NCBI GenBank assembly: GCA_031458695.1
Contig: JAVKJW010000002.1
Location: 64,001 to 128,000 of the forward strand
Origin: Candidatus Thermofontivivens primus
GTDB taxonomy: Bacteria; Sysuimicrobiota; Sysuimicrobiia; Sysuimicrobiales; Thermofontiviventaceae
DNA: 64,000 bases
Direction of reading: 5' to 3'
A model generated the notes under the pieces. It saw only the letters and a program-made list of their open reading frames with translations, was not told the DNA's origin and did no database searches. Of this stretch, positions 29,364 through 38,504 are shown piece after piece. The stretch's first letter is position 1. The number at the start of each line of letters is the position of its first letter. The position numbers and the translations under genes were made by a program.

Positions 29364-30569
29364 ATGGATCAGCAGCCCGAGAGGAAGGCCAACCCTCGCA
29401 TCCTTGCCCTCTTGAGCCTCGGGCACCTGATCACGGACATCAACCAGGGGGCCCTTCCTGTTCTTCTGCCCTCCCTGCGTTCGGCCTTCCACCTCTCCTA
29501 CACCATGGTAGGTGTCATTGTCACAGTCTCCACGCTGAGTTCTTCGGTGATCCAACCGCTCTTTGGCTTTTGGAGCGACAAGCTGAGGACCCCGTGGTTA
29601 TTGCCTCTGGGCGTCTTTACCGCCGGCGCGGGGATGGCTCTCGCAGGGATCAGTCCGAGTTATCCCCTTCTGCTCCTGGCAGTCCTTCTCAGTGGGCTGG
29701 GAGTAGCAAGCTACCACCCTGAGGCCTCTAAAGCCGCCTTTTTCCACAGCGGGCGACGGCGGGTTGCGTCCATGTCCATCTTCTCCGTAGGCGGGAACCT
29801 GGGATTTGGGATCGGTCCTCTGGTGATGAGTTTTCTCCTCACAGTGCACGGTCTTCGAGGTACCCTATGGCTCCTCGTTCCTGGTGCGCTCATGGCAGCC
29901 TTCCTGTGGAGAGTTCTTCCTCAGATATATGCGCAAGCGTGGGATCCTCCGGAGACCCCGCAAAGGGAGAGATCCCCCACAAGTGGTACCTTGAGGGAGC
30001 TGATGCGGGGGCCCATCCTCCTACTCCTCACCGTGGTCATCCTGCGCTCGTGGGCGCATATGGGCTTTGTCAGTTTTCTCCCGCTCTATTCCGTGAGCTA
30101 CCTCCACGTTTCCACCGCCTATGCGGGAAGCCTGCTCGCCCTTTTCCTCGTCTCGGGGGCCGTGGGGACGCTGATAGGAAGCCCGCTTGCGGACTGGCTG
30201 GGGAGGAAGGTTGTCTTCGTGGGTTCCATGCTCCTCCTGACCCCTCTGTTGAGCCTTTTCCCCTACTCCAGGGGTTTTTGGACGCTCCTGCTCATTGCCT
30301 CCGCTGGGTTTGTCGTTGTTTCCACATTCGCGACGACCATCGTATGGGGTCAGGAGCTCCTCCCTCAATACCCCGGTGTCGCCTCGGGCCTGATCATCGG
30401 TTTTGCCATTGGAATGGGAGGGTTGGGGGCGACGATCTTGGGTCGGATTGCCGACCTGATCGGGCTTTTTCACACGCTCCGGGTGATCGGCTTACTCCCC
30501 CTGGTGGCTATGGTGGTCGCCTTGTTCCTTCCGGAACCTCAACATCTCACCATCGTCAGGCGCTCCTGA
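29364..30569 (+). CDS. MFS transporter (Fsr-like)
   Basis: HLITD, QPLFG.WSD, YHPEAS, GGNLGFG.GP; about 12 TM segments. Confidence 0.9.
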   Translation: MDQQPERKANPRILALLSLGHLITDINQGALPVLLPSLRSAFHLSYTMVGVIVTVSTLSSSVIQPLFGFWSDKLRTPWLLPLGVFTAGAGMALAGISPSYPLLLLAVLLSGLGVASYHPEASKAAFFHSGRRRVASMSIFSVGGNLGFGIGPLVMSFLLTVHGLRGTLWLLVPGALMAAFLWRVLPQIYAQAWDPPETPQRERSPTSGTLRELMRGPILLLLTVVILRSWAHMGFVSFLPLYSVSYLHVSTAYAGSLLALFLVSGAVGTLIGSPLADWLGRKVVFVGSMLLLTPLLSLFPYSRGFWTLLLIASAGFVVVSTFATTIVWGQELLPQYPGVASGLIIGFAIGMGGLGATILGRIADLIGLFHTLRVIGLLPLVAMVVALFLPEPQHLTIVRRS

Positions 30570-30671
30570 GGTCCCAAGAGCACATCCTCGCGAAAGGCCT
30601 CTGACACCAGTGGGAGTTTTGCCGCACCCTCATCATCCTCACAGGCAGGAGGGGCCCCTCTTTCTTTATAA

Positions 30672-30707
30672 CCCCCTCTCCTATTGGGAGAGGGCACGGG
30701 GTGAGGG
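30672..30707. repeat. boxC-like palindromic element
   Basis: CCCCCTCTCC-TATT-GGGAGAGGG-CAC-GGGGTGAGGG; related copy at 58391-58430. Confidence 0.55.
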
Positions 30708-30783
30708 AGTGTGCTCTGTTACAGTCTTGTGACATACCTCCCTTATACTGGGCCAAACACATGGCTTTCTAGGGAGGTGGGGG

Positions 30784-31272
30784 ATGAGGAGAACGATTGG
30801 CGTTACGGCCCTACTGCTCGTCTTGGTCTTTGGTGTGCGCTTTGCTGATGCACAACGTGGCGCGTTCGTCGCCCGTCTGTCCGGTCAAGAAGCGGTTCCC
30901 CCTACGAACTCGGCGGCTACAGGGCTTGCGGTCTTCCAGCCTAGTTCAGATGGGACAAGGCTTTTCTACCGCCTCGAGGTGCGGAATCTCGAGAACACGC
31001 TCATGGCGCATATCCACCTTGGGCGGCCAGGCCAGAGCGGGCCAGTCGTTGTGTGGTTGTATCCCTACGCGCCTCCACCCCGGTTGATCTCCGGCGTGTA
31101 CAGTGGAGTGCTCGCGACAGGTACAATCACTGCCGCAAATCTCGCCGGGCCCATGCAGGGCAAACCGCTTAGCGAATTGCTCACTGAGATCCAAAATGGG
31201 AATGCCTATGTAAACGTGCACACCAGTCGGTTTCCGGCTGGAGAAATCAGGGGGCAAATCCAAAGAATCTAA
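30784..31272 (+). CDS. Secreted CHRD-domain protein
   Basis: Signal peptide; LSG.EAVPP, AHIH.G, GPVV, YVNVHT..FPAGEIRGQI. Confidence 0.93.
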   Translation: MRRTIGVTALLLVLVFGVRFADAQRGAFVARLSGQEAVPPTNSAATGLAVFQPSSDGTRLFYRLEVRNLENTLMAHIHLGRPGQSGPVVVWLYPYAPPPRLISGVYSGVLATGTITAANLAGPMQGKPLSELLTEIQNGNAYVNVHTSRFPAGEIRGQIQRI

Positions 31273-31510
31273 GGAACCCCGTTCTCTCAAGAGGGCTTCC
31301 GACAAAGGGCAAAAGACATTTTCCGGGGTACTTAGCCGGATCTCGGTCTAAGCGCAATCCGCACTCTTTTGCAACTCGCAAGGCGAACGCTTCCTGGGAC
31401 CGAGACCTCGTGGTACAATAAAGACACTCCACCGGATGGGTGCTTCCTTTCCGGCGAGAGTTCGAAAGGAGCACCCATCCTGATTTTCTGGGTTCAGTCG
31501 AACCTGTACG

Positions 31511-31921
31511 ATGGCTGGCTCCTTCTTGCTGAAAGATGATCGAAAGTGCTTCGTGTGTGGGCCTGAGAACCCAAAGGGGCTTCAGGTTCACTTTCGCTTA
31601 GAGGACGGGCGGGCGATGGCGGAGTTCACGCCGACCGAAGTTCACCAGGGATGGGCGGGCATCGTCCACGGGGGCGTCATTGGGCTCCTCCTCGACGAGG
31701 CGGTCGCCTACGCTGCCTACTTCCACGGGTTCAAAGCCCTCACCGCCAGGGTGGAGACACGCTTCCGAAAGGTGGTCGAGGTCGGCCAGAAGCTCCGCTT
31801 CACCGGCGAGGTCATCGAGGAGAAGCGGCGCCTCCTGCGGATAAGGGCCACTGCACACCTCGAGGACGGGACCCTCGCCGCAGAAGCCGATGCGACCATG
31901 TACGTAGTCCGCGACCGCTAG
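31511..31921 (+). CDS. PaaI/hotdog-fold thioesterase
   Basis: CFVCG.ENP.GL, HQGW.GIVHGG....LLDE. Confidence 0.9.
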   Translation: MAGSFLLKDDRKCFVCGPENPKGLQVHFRLEDGRAMAEFTPTEVHQGWAGIVHGGVIGLLLDEAVAYAAYFHGFKALTARVETRFRKVVEVGQKLRFTGEVIEEKRRLLRIRATAHLEDGTLAAEADATMYVVRDR

Positions 31922-31937
31922 GAAGGCGCCGCCAGGC

Positions 31938-33035
31938 CTAGCGCGCCTCGGTTTCCTTCAGCGCATCCTCATTGAGTTCCAGACCCAAGCCTGGGCGCTC
32001 CGGAAGGGTCACCCACCCCTTCTCCGGACGTGGGGGGTTCTGGAAGATCGTCTCACCGACGTACCACATGAGCAGGTGAAACTCTACCCTCCAGCCGTTT
32101 GAGACTCCTGCGATCAAATGCATGTTATGATGAGGCCAGCCGCCTCCGTTGGCTACGGGAAGGTTATACGCCTGGGCCATGTGGGCTACTTTCAAGGCTT
32201 CGGTGTACCCTCCCACATAGACGACGTTGGGCTGGACGATATCCACTGCGCCACTTGCGATGAGCTCGCGGTGCCGCCAGCGGTGCCCTTCGTTCTGCCC
32301 AGCCGCGATCGGGATGCGGGTAACCTGTCGCAGTTGTGCGAGGAGGCGTGCATCGTTCGCGTACAGGGGCTCCTCGAACCACGCGATCCCGTAGGGCTCG
32401 ATCCGCTGGGCGAGCTCCTTGGCTTCCAGGAAGTTGAAGAGGTGGTTGGCGTCCACCATGAGTTCGACATCTGGTCCCACTGCCTCGCGCACAGCTCGGA
32501 CCCTGGCAGCATCCTCGCCGACATCCTTCCTTCCGTTCCGTTCAAACGCAACGACCATCTTCAATTTGTCATGACCTTCCTGGACGAATCTCCTCGCCAC
32601 CTCCACGAGCTCCTCGCGGCTGTATTCCAGGAGGCCAAAGGTGATGTAAGCGGGAACAGTCCGGGCGTTCCCTCCGAGAAGCCTGTAGACAGGTTGGTTG
32701 AGGTACTTTCCCTTGATATCCCACAGGGCAATGTCAATTGCGCTGATCCCGTACTGGACAACGCCCGACATCCCCCTCTGGTTGAAGTTCCAGTACATTT
32801 CATGCCAGAGCCTTTCCGTGGAGAGGGGATCCTTCCCTATAAGAAAAGGGCCCAGCTCGCGGTTGATGAACTCCCTAGTGGAAAATCGAAGGATCCCTCC
32901 CGTCATCCCGACCCCTGTGATCCCCTCATCGGTCTCTACCCGGACGAGGACAACGGGGCGTGGGAACTTTCGGTCCAGCAGAGGGACCTGCACCATGACG
33001 TCATGGACCGTCGCTGTGACCTTCACGATCTTCAA
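31938..33035 (-). CDS. Mandelate racemase/muconate lactonising enzyme (enolase superfamily)
   Basis: ETDEGITG, SAIDIALWDIKGK, LLGG, KLK, MVDAN, WFEEP, PGLG. Confidence 0.93.
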   Translation of the reverse strand: MKIVKVTATVHDVMVQVPLLDRKFPRPVVLVRVETDEGITGVGMTGGILRFSTREFINRELGPFLIGKDPLSTERLWHEMYWNFNQRGMSGVVQYGISAIDIALWDIKGKYLNQPVYRLLGGNARTVPAYITFGLLEYSREELVEVARRFVQEGHDKLKMVVAFERNGRKDVGEDAARVRAVREAVGPDVELMVDANHLFNFLEAKELAQRIEPYGIAWFEEPLYANDARLLAQLRQVTRIPIAAGQNEGHRWRHRELIASGAVDIVQPNVVYVGGYTEALKVAHMAQAYNLPVANGGGWPHHNMHLIAGVSNGWRVEFHLLMWYVGETIFQNPPRPEKGWVTLPERPGLGLELNEDALKETEAR

Positions 33036-33207
33036 CGAGGTTCACCTCCTTGCAGGATTGAGCCTCCCCCAGATCCCGTGCTGGATCTTGGTTAGAGTGC
33101 CAAATAACCCAGCACACTGGCTTCCCACAGAATGCAGAGCATCTTGTGGAATAGCGAAAGCCGTGTCCTAGAGAAAATCTCCTCCACAAATGTTCATCTA
33201 AAGCACC

Positions 33208-34728
33208 TTACGTGCGCGGGATCATCGAAGCCTTCCGCGCCAAAGAGAGTCCCTTCACACCCCGGTACAGCAGAGGAAACAGTGTAACCAAAGACAGTGC
33301 CAGAAGGCTTGCGGAGATAGGCCGGGTGAGGAAGATCAAAGGACTCCCCTGAGACATCAACAGGGACTGGCGTAAGGACATCTCCAGGATCTCGCCAAGA
33401 ACGAGCGCGAGTAGCAAGGGGGCGGCAGGATACTCGAGCTTCTTCATGAAGAAACCTACGAGTCCAAAGAAGAGCATCAACCAGACGTCAAAGAGGCTGT
33501 TGTCGATACTGTACACCCCTACCACGGAGAAGGCGATGACAAACGCATTGAGAATCGCACGGGGCAGCCTTAATACGCTCGTGAATGCCGGGATGAACAT
33601 CGTGTTCATAGCCAGGAGGAGGAGGTTCCCAAGAAACATGCTCGCGATGAGCCCCCACACGAATTGGGGGTTCTGCTGGAAGAGGAGGGGACCTGGCCGG
33701 AGCCCGTACATCAATAACGCTCCCATCATCACGGCAGTGGTGGCCGAGCCTGGGATCCCCAGGGTGATCAGAGGGATCAGCGCCCCCACCGCGGCCGCAT
33801 TGTTGCTCGACTCTGGTCCGGCTACGCCTTCGATGGCACCCCTGCCGAACCGCTCTGGAGTTTGAGAGAGTCGTTTTTCCACGGCATAGGAGATCATAGA
33901 GGCTGTCGTTGCACCTGCGCCGGGCAGGATCCCGACAAAGAAGCCAATCAGGGTCCCGCGGAGGATTGCCCAGCGGGACATCACCCAGTCTTGGATGGTA
34001 GGGAAGAGGTTGCGCAAGCGGAGGTCGGCCTTCACAAACTCTGCCTCCTCCTTCTCCTCCACGCTGGAAAGGACTTCTGCGATTCCAAAAAGTCCCATGG
34101 CCACAGGGACGAACTCTACACCGCTGAGGAGCTTCAATTGGCCGAACGTGAACCGCGGGAGCCCCGTAAGGATATCCACTCCTACAATGGAGAGGAACAG
34201 GCCAAGCAGCAGGGAGATGAACCCTTTGAGGGGTGATCGGCCGGTGAGACCGATGACCAAGGTGAACGCCAGTACCATCAGGGCAAAGTACTCCGGTGGG
34301 CCAAAGTGTAACGCTGCTTTGACCAGCCACCAGGCGAAGAAACTGAAGAGGATCACGCTGCTGATCCCGGCAATAAACGAGCCAATTGCAGCGATCCCAA
34401 GAGCAGCGCCAGCACGCCCTTGAAGGGCGAGCTGGTACCCATCGAGGGTAGTCATGACAGAGGAGGCTTCGCCCGGGACGTTGATCAACACCGATGTGAT
34501 CGTCCCCCCATACATCGCCCCATAATAGATCCCGGCGAACATGATCATCGCCGATGTCGGGTCCATGCCGAAAGTCAGAGGAAGGAGAAGCGCCACTCCC
34601 GCAGGTGGGCCAATTCCCGGGAGGACCCCGATCAACTGACCCACCGTCACCCCCACGAGCGCGAACAAGATGTTCGCGGGTGTGAAGGCTACGGCAAATC
34701 CTTGTGCGAGACCAGAGAGGATTTCCAT
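33208..34728 (-). CDS. tctA: Tripartite tricarboxylate transporter, large permease
   Basis: G.LPGIG, YYGAMYGG...S.LIN.PG, DGY, PES.NNA, LGIPG. Confidence 0.95.
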   Translation of the reverse strand: MEILSGLAQGFAVAFTPANILFALVGVTVGQLIGVLPGIGPPAGVALLLPLTFGMDPTSAMIMFAGIYYGAMYGGTITSVLINVPGEASSVMTTLDGYQLALQGRAGAALGIAAIGSFIAGISSVILFSFFAWWLVKAALHFGPPEYFALMVLAFTLVIGLTGRSPLKGFISLLLGLFLSIVGVDILTGLPRFTFGQLKLLSGVEFVPVAMGLFGIAEVLSSVEEKEEAEFVKADLRLRNLFPTIQDWVMSRWAILRGTLIGFFVGILPGAGATTASMISYAVEKRLSQTPERFGRGAIEGVAGPESSNNAAAVGALIPLITLGIPGSATTAVMMGALLMYGLRPGPLLFQQNPQFVWGLIASMFLGNLLLLAMNTMFIPAFTSVLRLPRAILNAFVIAFSVVGVYSIDNSLFDVWLMLFFGLVGFFMKKLEYPAAPLLLALVLGEILEMSLRQSLLMSQGSPLIFLTRPISASLLALSLVTLFPLLYRGVKGLSLARKASMIPRT

Positions 34729-34732
34729 GAGG

Positions 34733-35179
34733 CTACCGGAATACCCCCCGCGGCAATGGGACGCCAAGCCACCGCTCGAACACCAGGTAAAATCCCAAAG
34801 GAACAAGAATCATCAAAAGGAACAGAATCGGCCACCGTCGCATTCCCAGCATCCACACGATCCCGGCCATGAACAGGGCAAGGGAGGGGACCATCCCGAG
34901 GAGCGGGATCACCGCGACCCAGAGGACAGTCATCACCGCCAAACCGACCAACCTGGGGATCGCAGAGGGTTCCACGAGGGAGACCTTTGGGCTTAAAGTC
35001 GTCCATGTCCGGATGAGGTTTGCCGCGGAGGCAATCCCAAGGCCCAGGCCGATCCAGAGCGGCGCAAACCCTGGGCCAGGCACGCCACCGCGCATATAGG
35101 AAAGGTGGAGGGCCCCGACGACCACGTAAATCGAGAAACCTAGCAAGAGGAGACTGATGATAGCATCCGCAGTGCGCAC
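34733..35179 (-). CDS. tctB: Tripartite tricarboxylate transporter, small permease
   Basis: PGPGF.P, four TM segments, F...LGVPLPRG; GTG start after GGAGG. Confidence 0.9.
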   Translation of the reverse strand: MRTADAIISLLLLGFSIYVVVGALHLSYMRGGVPGPGFAPLWIGLGLGIASAANLIRTWTTLSPKVSLVEPSAIPRLVGLAVMTVLWVAVIPLLGMVPSLALFMAGIVWMLGMRRWPILFLLMILVPLGFYLVFERWLGVPLPRGVFR

Positions 35180-35269
35180 ACTCCACCTCCTGCGAGTTCC
35201 ACCTCGCGCGTAGAAAGGCGATTCATGAAACACCACTGAGAACTCGCAACGGCAGGCTCCTGTGAGAGT

Positions 35270-36238
35270 TTATTTGATCACCCCGAGCTCCGTGAATACC
35301 TTCTTGTACATCTCGTTGATCGCGACGATTGCCTTGCCGAACTCTTCCGAACCCATAGGAGCTGGGACGAGCATGTTCCGGTCCACGTAGTTTTGCTGCC
35401 AGGACTTGCTCTTCGCCATCTTCAATAGGGCTGTCTCCATGATCTTCACAGCATCCCTCGGGACGTCTAGAGGCATGACCACACCCCGGAGCTGCCGGAA
35501 GACGAGGTTGATCCCCAGTTCTTTGAAGGTCGGGACCTCCGGGAGTTGCCGGAGCCGTTTCTCCGCCGCCACTGCCAAGGGCCGGGCGAGCTTTCCCTCG
35601 ATCTGGCCGATGGCCTCTCCCGGGTTTGCCCAGGCGATGGTGACTTGGCGACCAAGGAGAGCTGTCATGACCTCACCGCCGCTGCGGAAGGGAATGAGGT
35701 TGAGCTGGATACCCGTCTCCTTCTGGAAGATGTAGGTCACCACAGCGTCGTCAGAGGTAGCCCCTGTCCCGCCAACTGTGACAAGCTTGGGCGAACGTTT
35801 GGCGACCTCCACCAGATCGCGGAGGCTCTTGATCGCGGAGTTCTGGTTTACCAAGAGCAGGTATGTATCGTAGACAAGCCCGGCCACTGGGGTGAAATGC
35901 TGATAGTTGACAGGCGACTGGCCGAGGAGCGGGGTGGTCCAGAAGCTGGAGCTGACTGTTGCGATGACGTAGGGGTCGCCGCGCTTGCTGGCAACGTAGC
36001 TGTACCCTACCGCTCCGCTTCCTCCTGGTTTGTTCACCACCACGAGGGGCTGTGGGAGGAGCTTCTCCTCCTGGATGACCTTGGCGATGTTCCTGGCGAG
36101 GATATCACTCCCACCTCCTACACCAAAGGGCACAACGAACTCGATGGGTTTGGTCGGATAAGCCAGCTGGCCCCAGGTGGGGACCACAGCGATAGCAAGG
36201 ACGACGAAGAGAGCTCCTACGAGAATACTTGCGCGCAC
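35270..36238 (-). CDS. tctC: Tripartite tricarboxylate transporter substrate-binding protein (Bug/TctC)
   Basis: YP.KPI..VVPF..GGGSD..AR, NKPGGSG, PEVPT..E.G. Confidence 0.95.
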   Translation of the reverse strand: MRASILVGALFVVLAIAVVPTWGQLAYPTKPIEFVVPFGVGGGSDILARNIAKVIQEEKLLPQPLVVVNKPGGSGAVGYSYVASKRGDPYVIATVSSSFWTTPLLGQSPVNYQHFTPVAGLVYDTYLLLVNQNSAIKSLRDLVEVAKRSPKLVTVGGTGATSDDAVVTYIFQKETGIQLNLIPFRSGGEVMTALLGRQVTIAWANPGEAIGQIEGKLARPLAVAAEKRLRQLPEVPTFKELGINLVFRQLRGVVMPLDVPRDAVKIMETALLKMAKSKSWQQNYVDRNMLVPAPMGSEEFGKAIVAINEMYKKVFTELGVIK

Positions 36239-36277
36239 TGTTCTCCCCCCTTTGAGAGTGTGGTTTCCTGGATTCCC

Positions 36278-36928
36278 TTAAGTTCCTTGCTTGACAGGTG
36301 GCGATGTTTTCTCAGCCATCTGTGCGAACAATCTTTCCGCCCTGAGGTGGTTAAAGACCCCGCAAGGGCATAGACGAGCGCAACGTAAAGCAGCGCGCCG
36401 GGGCGTGGTCTTCCCTCGGCGGATATCCGAGACGAGTTTCTCCACGAGGGCACTAGAGATCATATGATGGCCGCACATCGTGGTGATCTCCAGCACATCT
36501 TCGGGCGGGAGGAGCTCCTTCTTCCCCCACACTCCAAGCGAGAAGTTGATGGTATGAGGAGTCACACCGGCCTGACGGCAGGCGTCCAGGACGTCTTCCA
36601 ACAGCCCGCTGATGATCACGGACATCCCGAGATCCTTTTCCTTCAGAATACGCAGGAACTCAACAACTTGTTGTTTGGAAGTGAACACGCCGCGCACGCG
36701 TGACCTGTCCGTCAGATCTCGCTTGATCTCTTCGGCAGGCCGCGCCAGGACTGATCCGGCTTTGGTATCCCCCCAATTCTCGCAGCCGACCGCCTGTGCC
36801 GCCTCGATGATCTCAAGGCATTTCCTTCGGATATCCACATCATTGATCCCCCGCGACCAGTACATGAGCCAGGGGAAGTCGTCCTGGAGGGATTCAGGAG
36901 TTCCACTGCGATGGAGGGTGTGGGTCAT
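36278..36928 (-). CDS. Uncharacterised Cys/His-motif protein (putative metal or Fe-S binding)
   Basis: MTHTLHR N terminus; TTMCGHHM and CARLCPCGVFN C-terminal motifs; GGAAGG RBS. Confidence 0.8.
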   Translation of the reverse strand: MTHTLHRSGTPESLQDDFPWLMYWSRGINDVDIRRKCLEIIEAAQAVGCENWGDTKAGSVLARPAEEIKRDLTDRSRVRGVFTSKQQVVEFLRILKEKDLGMSVIISGLLEDVLDACRQAGVTPHTINFSLGVWGKKELLPPEDVLEITTMCGHHMISSALVEKLVSDIRRGKTTPRRAALRCARLCPCGVFNHLRAERLFAQMAEKTSPPVKQGT

Positions 36929-37027
36929 TGGTGTCCCTTCCTTTCCTACTGAAGAGTTCGCATGTAGCAAAGTTCGGTGGTCTCAGGTTTCGTCGCGGTG
37001 GCGAACCTGCCGTCTGCCAGTCTTGGG

Positions 37028-37756
37028 TTACGCGTCCACGAGCGGCCGCCCCAAGCCCACATTGACCTTACCCCTCATCGGCTTCGGAATCCCATGACGC
37101 ACAAGCTCTTCGAGCGCCGGATGATACCCGCTAGGGTCGACGCGCAGCACCATCCCTACAGAGAAGACGGTATCGATTTGGTGCTGGACTTCCTGAAGGG
37201 CCTTCAAAACCGCCCCCACATCCTCCACCCGGCACGTTCCCTCGATGATGATGGAGAGGAGGTGGACATCCGCAAGTCCTTCCTTCAACCGAGGATCCTG
37301 CAGGTTGTCGAAGATGCTGGCAAGGGGGTTCCGGTGTGGAGGTTCGAGTTCCAGCCCTGCTGCCACTACGGCCCTGGCGACGGTTTCCACGTCGCGCAGG
37401 TACACCCCGATGCCTGGACGGCCCATGTCGATCGTGAAGCCCACCCTGTGACGCGGGTACCTCCCGGTCACATCGTTGGTCTTGCACTCCTCTGTCCCGC
37501 GTCCTGTAATCCCTGTTGCTTCCACTGTTTCGGTGGGATCGCTGAGGACATGTTTGAAGGTATCGCCGAAGGTTTCATAGGGTCCCGGAAGAATGGCGTG
37601 TTTGGGGCAAACTGGATTCCGGTAGCATACTCCGCATTCTGTACACACGCGTCGGTCGATGGAGACCTTCCGCTCATCGGCGGAAATCGCACCGACAGGG
37701 CAGTAGGGGATACAAATGTTACAGCCAGTGCAGCGCTCGAGGACCACAGTGGCCAT
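37028..37756 (-). CDS. 2x[4Fe-4S] ferredoxin domain fused to an uncharacterised domain
   Basis: CTGCNICIPYCP and CTECGVCYRNPVCP, then GRGTEECKTNDVTGR and DMGRPG; TAATG overlap with gntR. Confidence 0.88.
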   Translation of the reverse strand: MATVVLERCTGCNICIPYCPVGAISADERKVSIDRRVCTECGVCYRNPVCPKHAILPGPYETFGDTFKHVLSDPTETVEATGITGRGTEECKTNDVTGRYPRHRVGFTIDMGRPGIGVYLRDVETVARAVVAAGLELEPPHRNPLASIFDNLQDPRLKEGLADVHLLSIIIEGTCRVEDVGAVLKALQEVQHQIDTVFSVGMVLRVDPSGYHPALEELVRHGIPKPMRGKVNVGLGRPLVDA

Positions 37757-38442
37757 TAGATCTTTGCCTCCTTGGTGAGCGTTGTCAGTTGCTTCCACGC
37801 AGCTTCCCTGGCCCGTGCCACATGCGCGCGCATGAGCGCCTCTCCTTCATCGGGCAAACCTCTCTCCACAGCTCTGAGGAGTTGTCGGTGTTCTCTCACA
37901 GATTCCTCCGGCCGCCCCGGGAGGGAGAGAGACTGCACGCGGAGCAGGCCGATACGTGCCCGCAGATTGGACAGCAGGGACTGGAGGAGTTTGTTGCCAC
38001 TCCCCTTGCTGATGGCCTCGTGGAAGGCCCGATTGGTTGCGACCAGCGCGCGGAGGCTTCCACGTTCAAGCGCCCTCTCACCTGCCTCGACAGCTTTCCG
38101 CATCGCCTGGATCGCCTGGATGTCCTGCCGCGTTGCCAATAACCGGATGGCTAGGCCTTCCAGGACCGCGCGCACCTGGAAGACTTCCTCGACATCCTCC
38201 GGACTGAGGACGGTCACGATAGGGCCTTTGTAGGGGATGGTCGTGATCAGGCCTTCCTGCTCGAGCTTGCGAATTGCCTCGCGGATGGGGGTGCGACTGA
38301 TGCCCATTTTCTTGCACAGCTCCCGTTCGATGAGGCGGTCGCCTGGCTTGAAATATCCGGATAGGATCGCGTTTCGGAGCTTCTCGAGCGCGAGGTCGCG
38401 GACAGGGACGTTTTCAGTAATGAGCAGGTTAAATGCAGACAT
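37756..38442 (-). CDS. GntR/FCD-family transcriptional regulator
   Basis: PGDRL.ERELC..MGISRTPIREA...LE.EGL; FCD-type N.AFH and EH..L. Confidence 0.95.
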   Translation of the reverse strand: MSAFNLLITENVPVRDLALEKLRNAILSGYFKPGDRLIERELCKKMGISRTPIREAIRKLEQEGLITTIPYKGPIVTVLSPEDVEEVFQVRAVLEGLAIRLLATRQDIQAIQAMRKAVEAGERALERGSLRALVATNRAFHEAISKGSGNKLLQSLLSNLRARIGLLRVQSLSLPGRPEESVREHRQLLRAVERGLPDEGEALMRAHVARAREAAWKQLTTLTKEAKI

Positions 38443-38454
38443 GGCCTATGGACT

Positions 38455-38483
38455 ATTGTATACCAAATACCTTCCCCCGTCAA
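38455..38483 (-). promoter_or_regulatory. gntR-operon promoter with overlapping GntR-type operator
   Basis: Minus-strand TTGACG-N17-TACAAT; near-palindrome TGGTATACAA spans the -10 element. Confidence 0.75.
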
Positions 38484-38504
38484 CATCCCATTCTTCCTCA
38501 GGAT

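Noticed and set aside
30717..30734. TnrA/GlnR box upstream of the CHRD gene (TGTTACA-GTCT-TGTGACA)
   Set aside because: Spacing is N8 rather than N7 and it is a single imperfect copy; regulator cannot be assigned
36278..36928. Radical SAM enzyme
   Set aside because: The motif is CxxxCxC at the C terminus, not an N-terminal CxxxCxxC, and there is no room for the barrel after it
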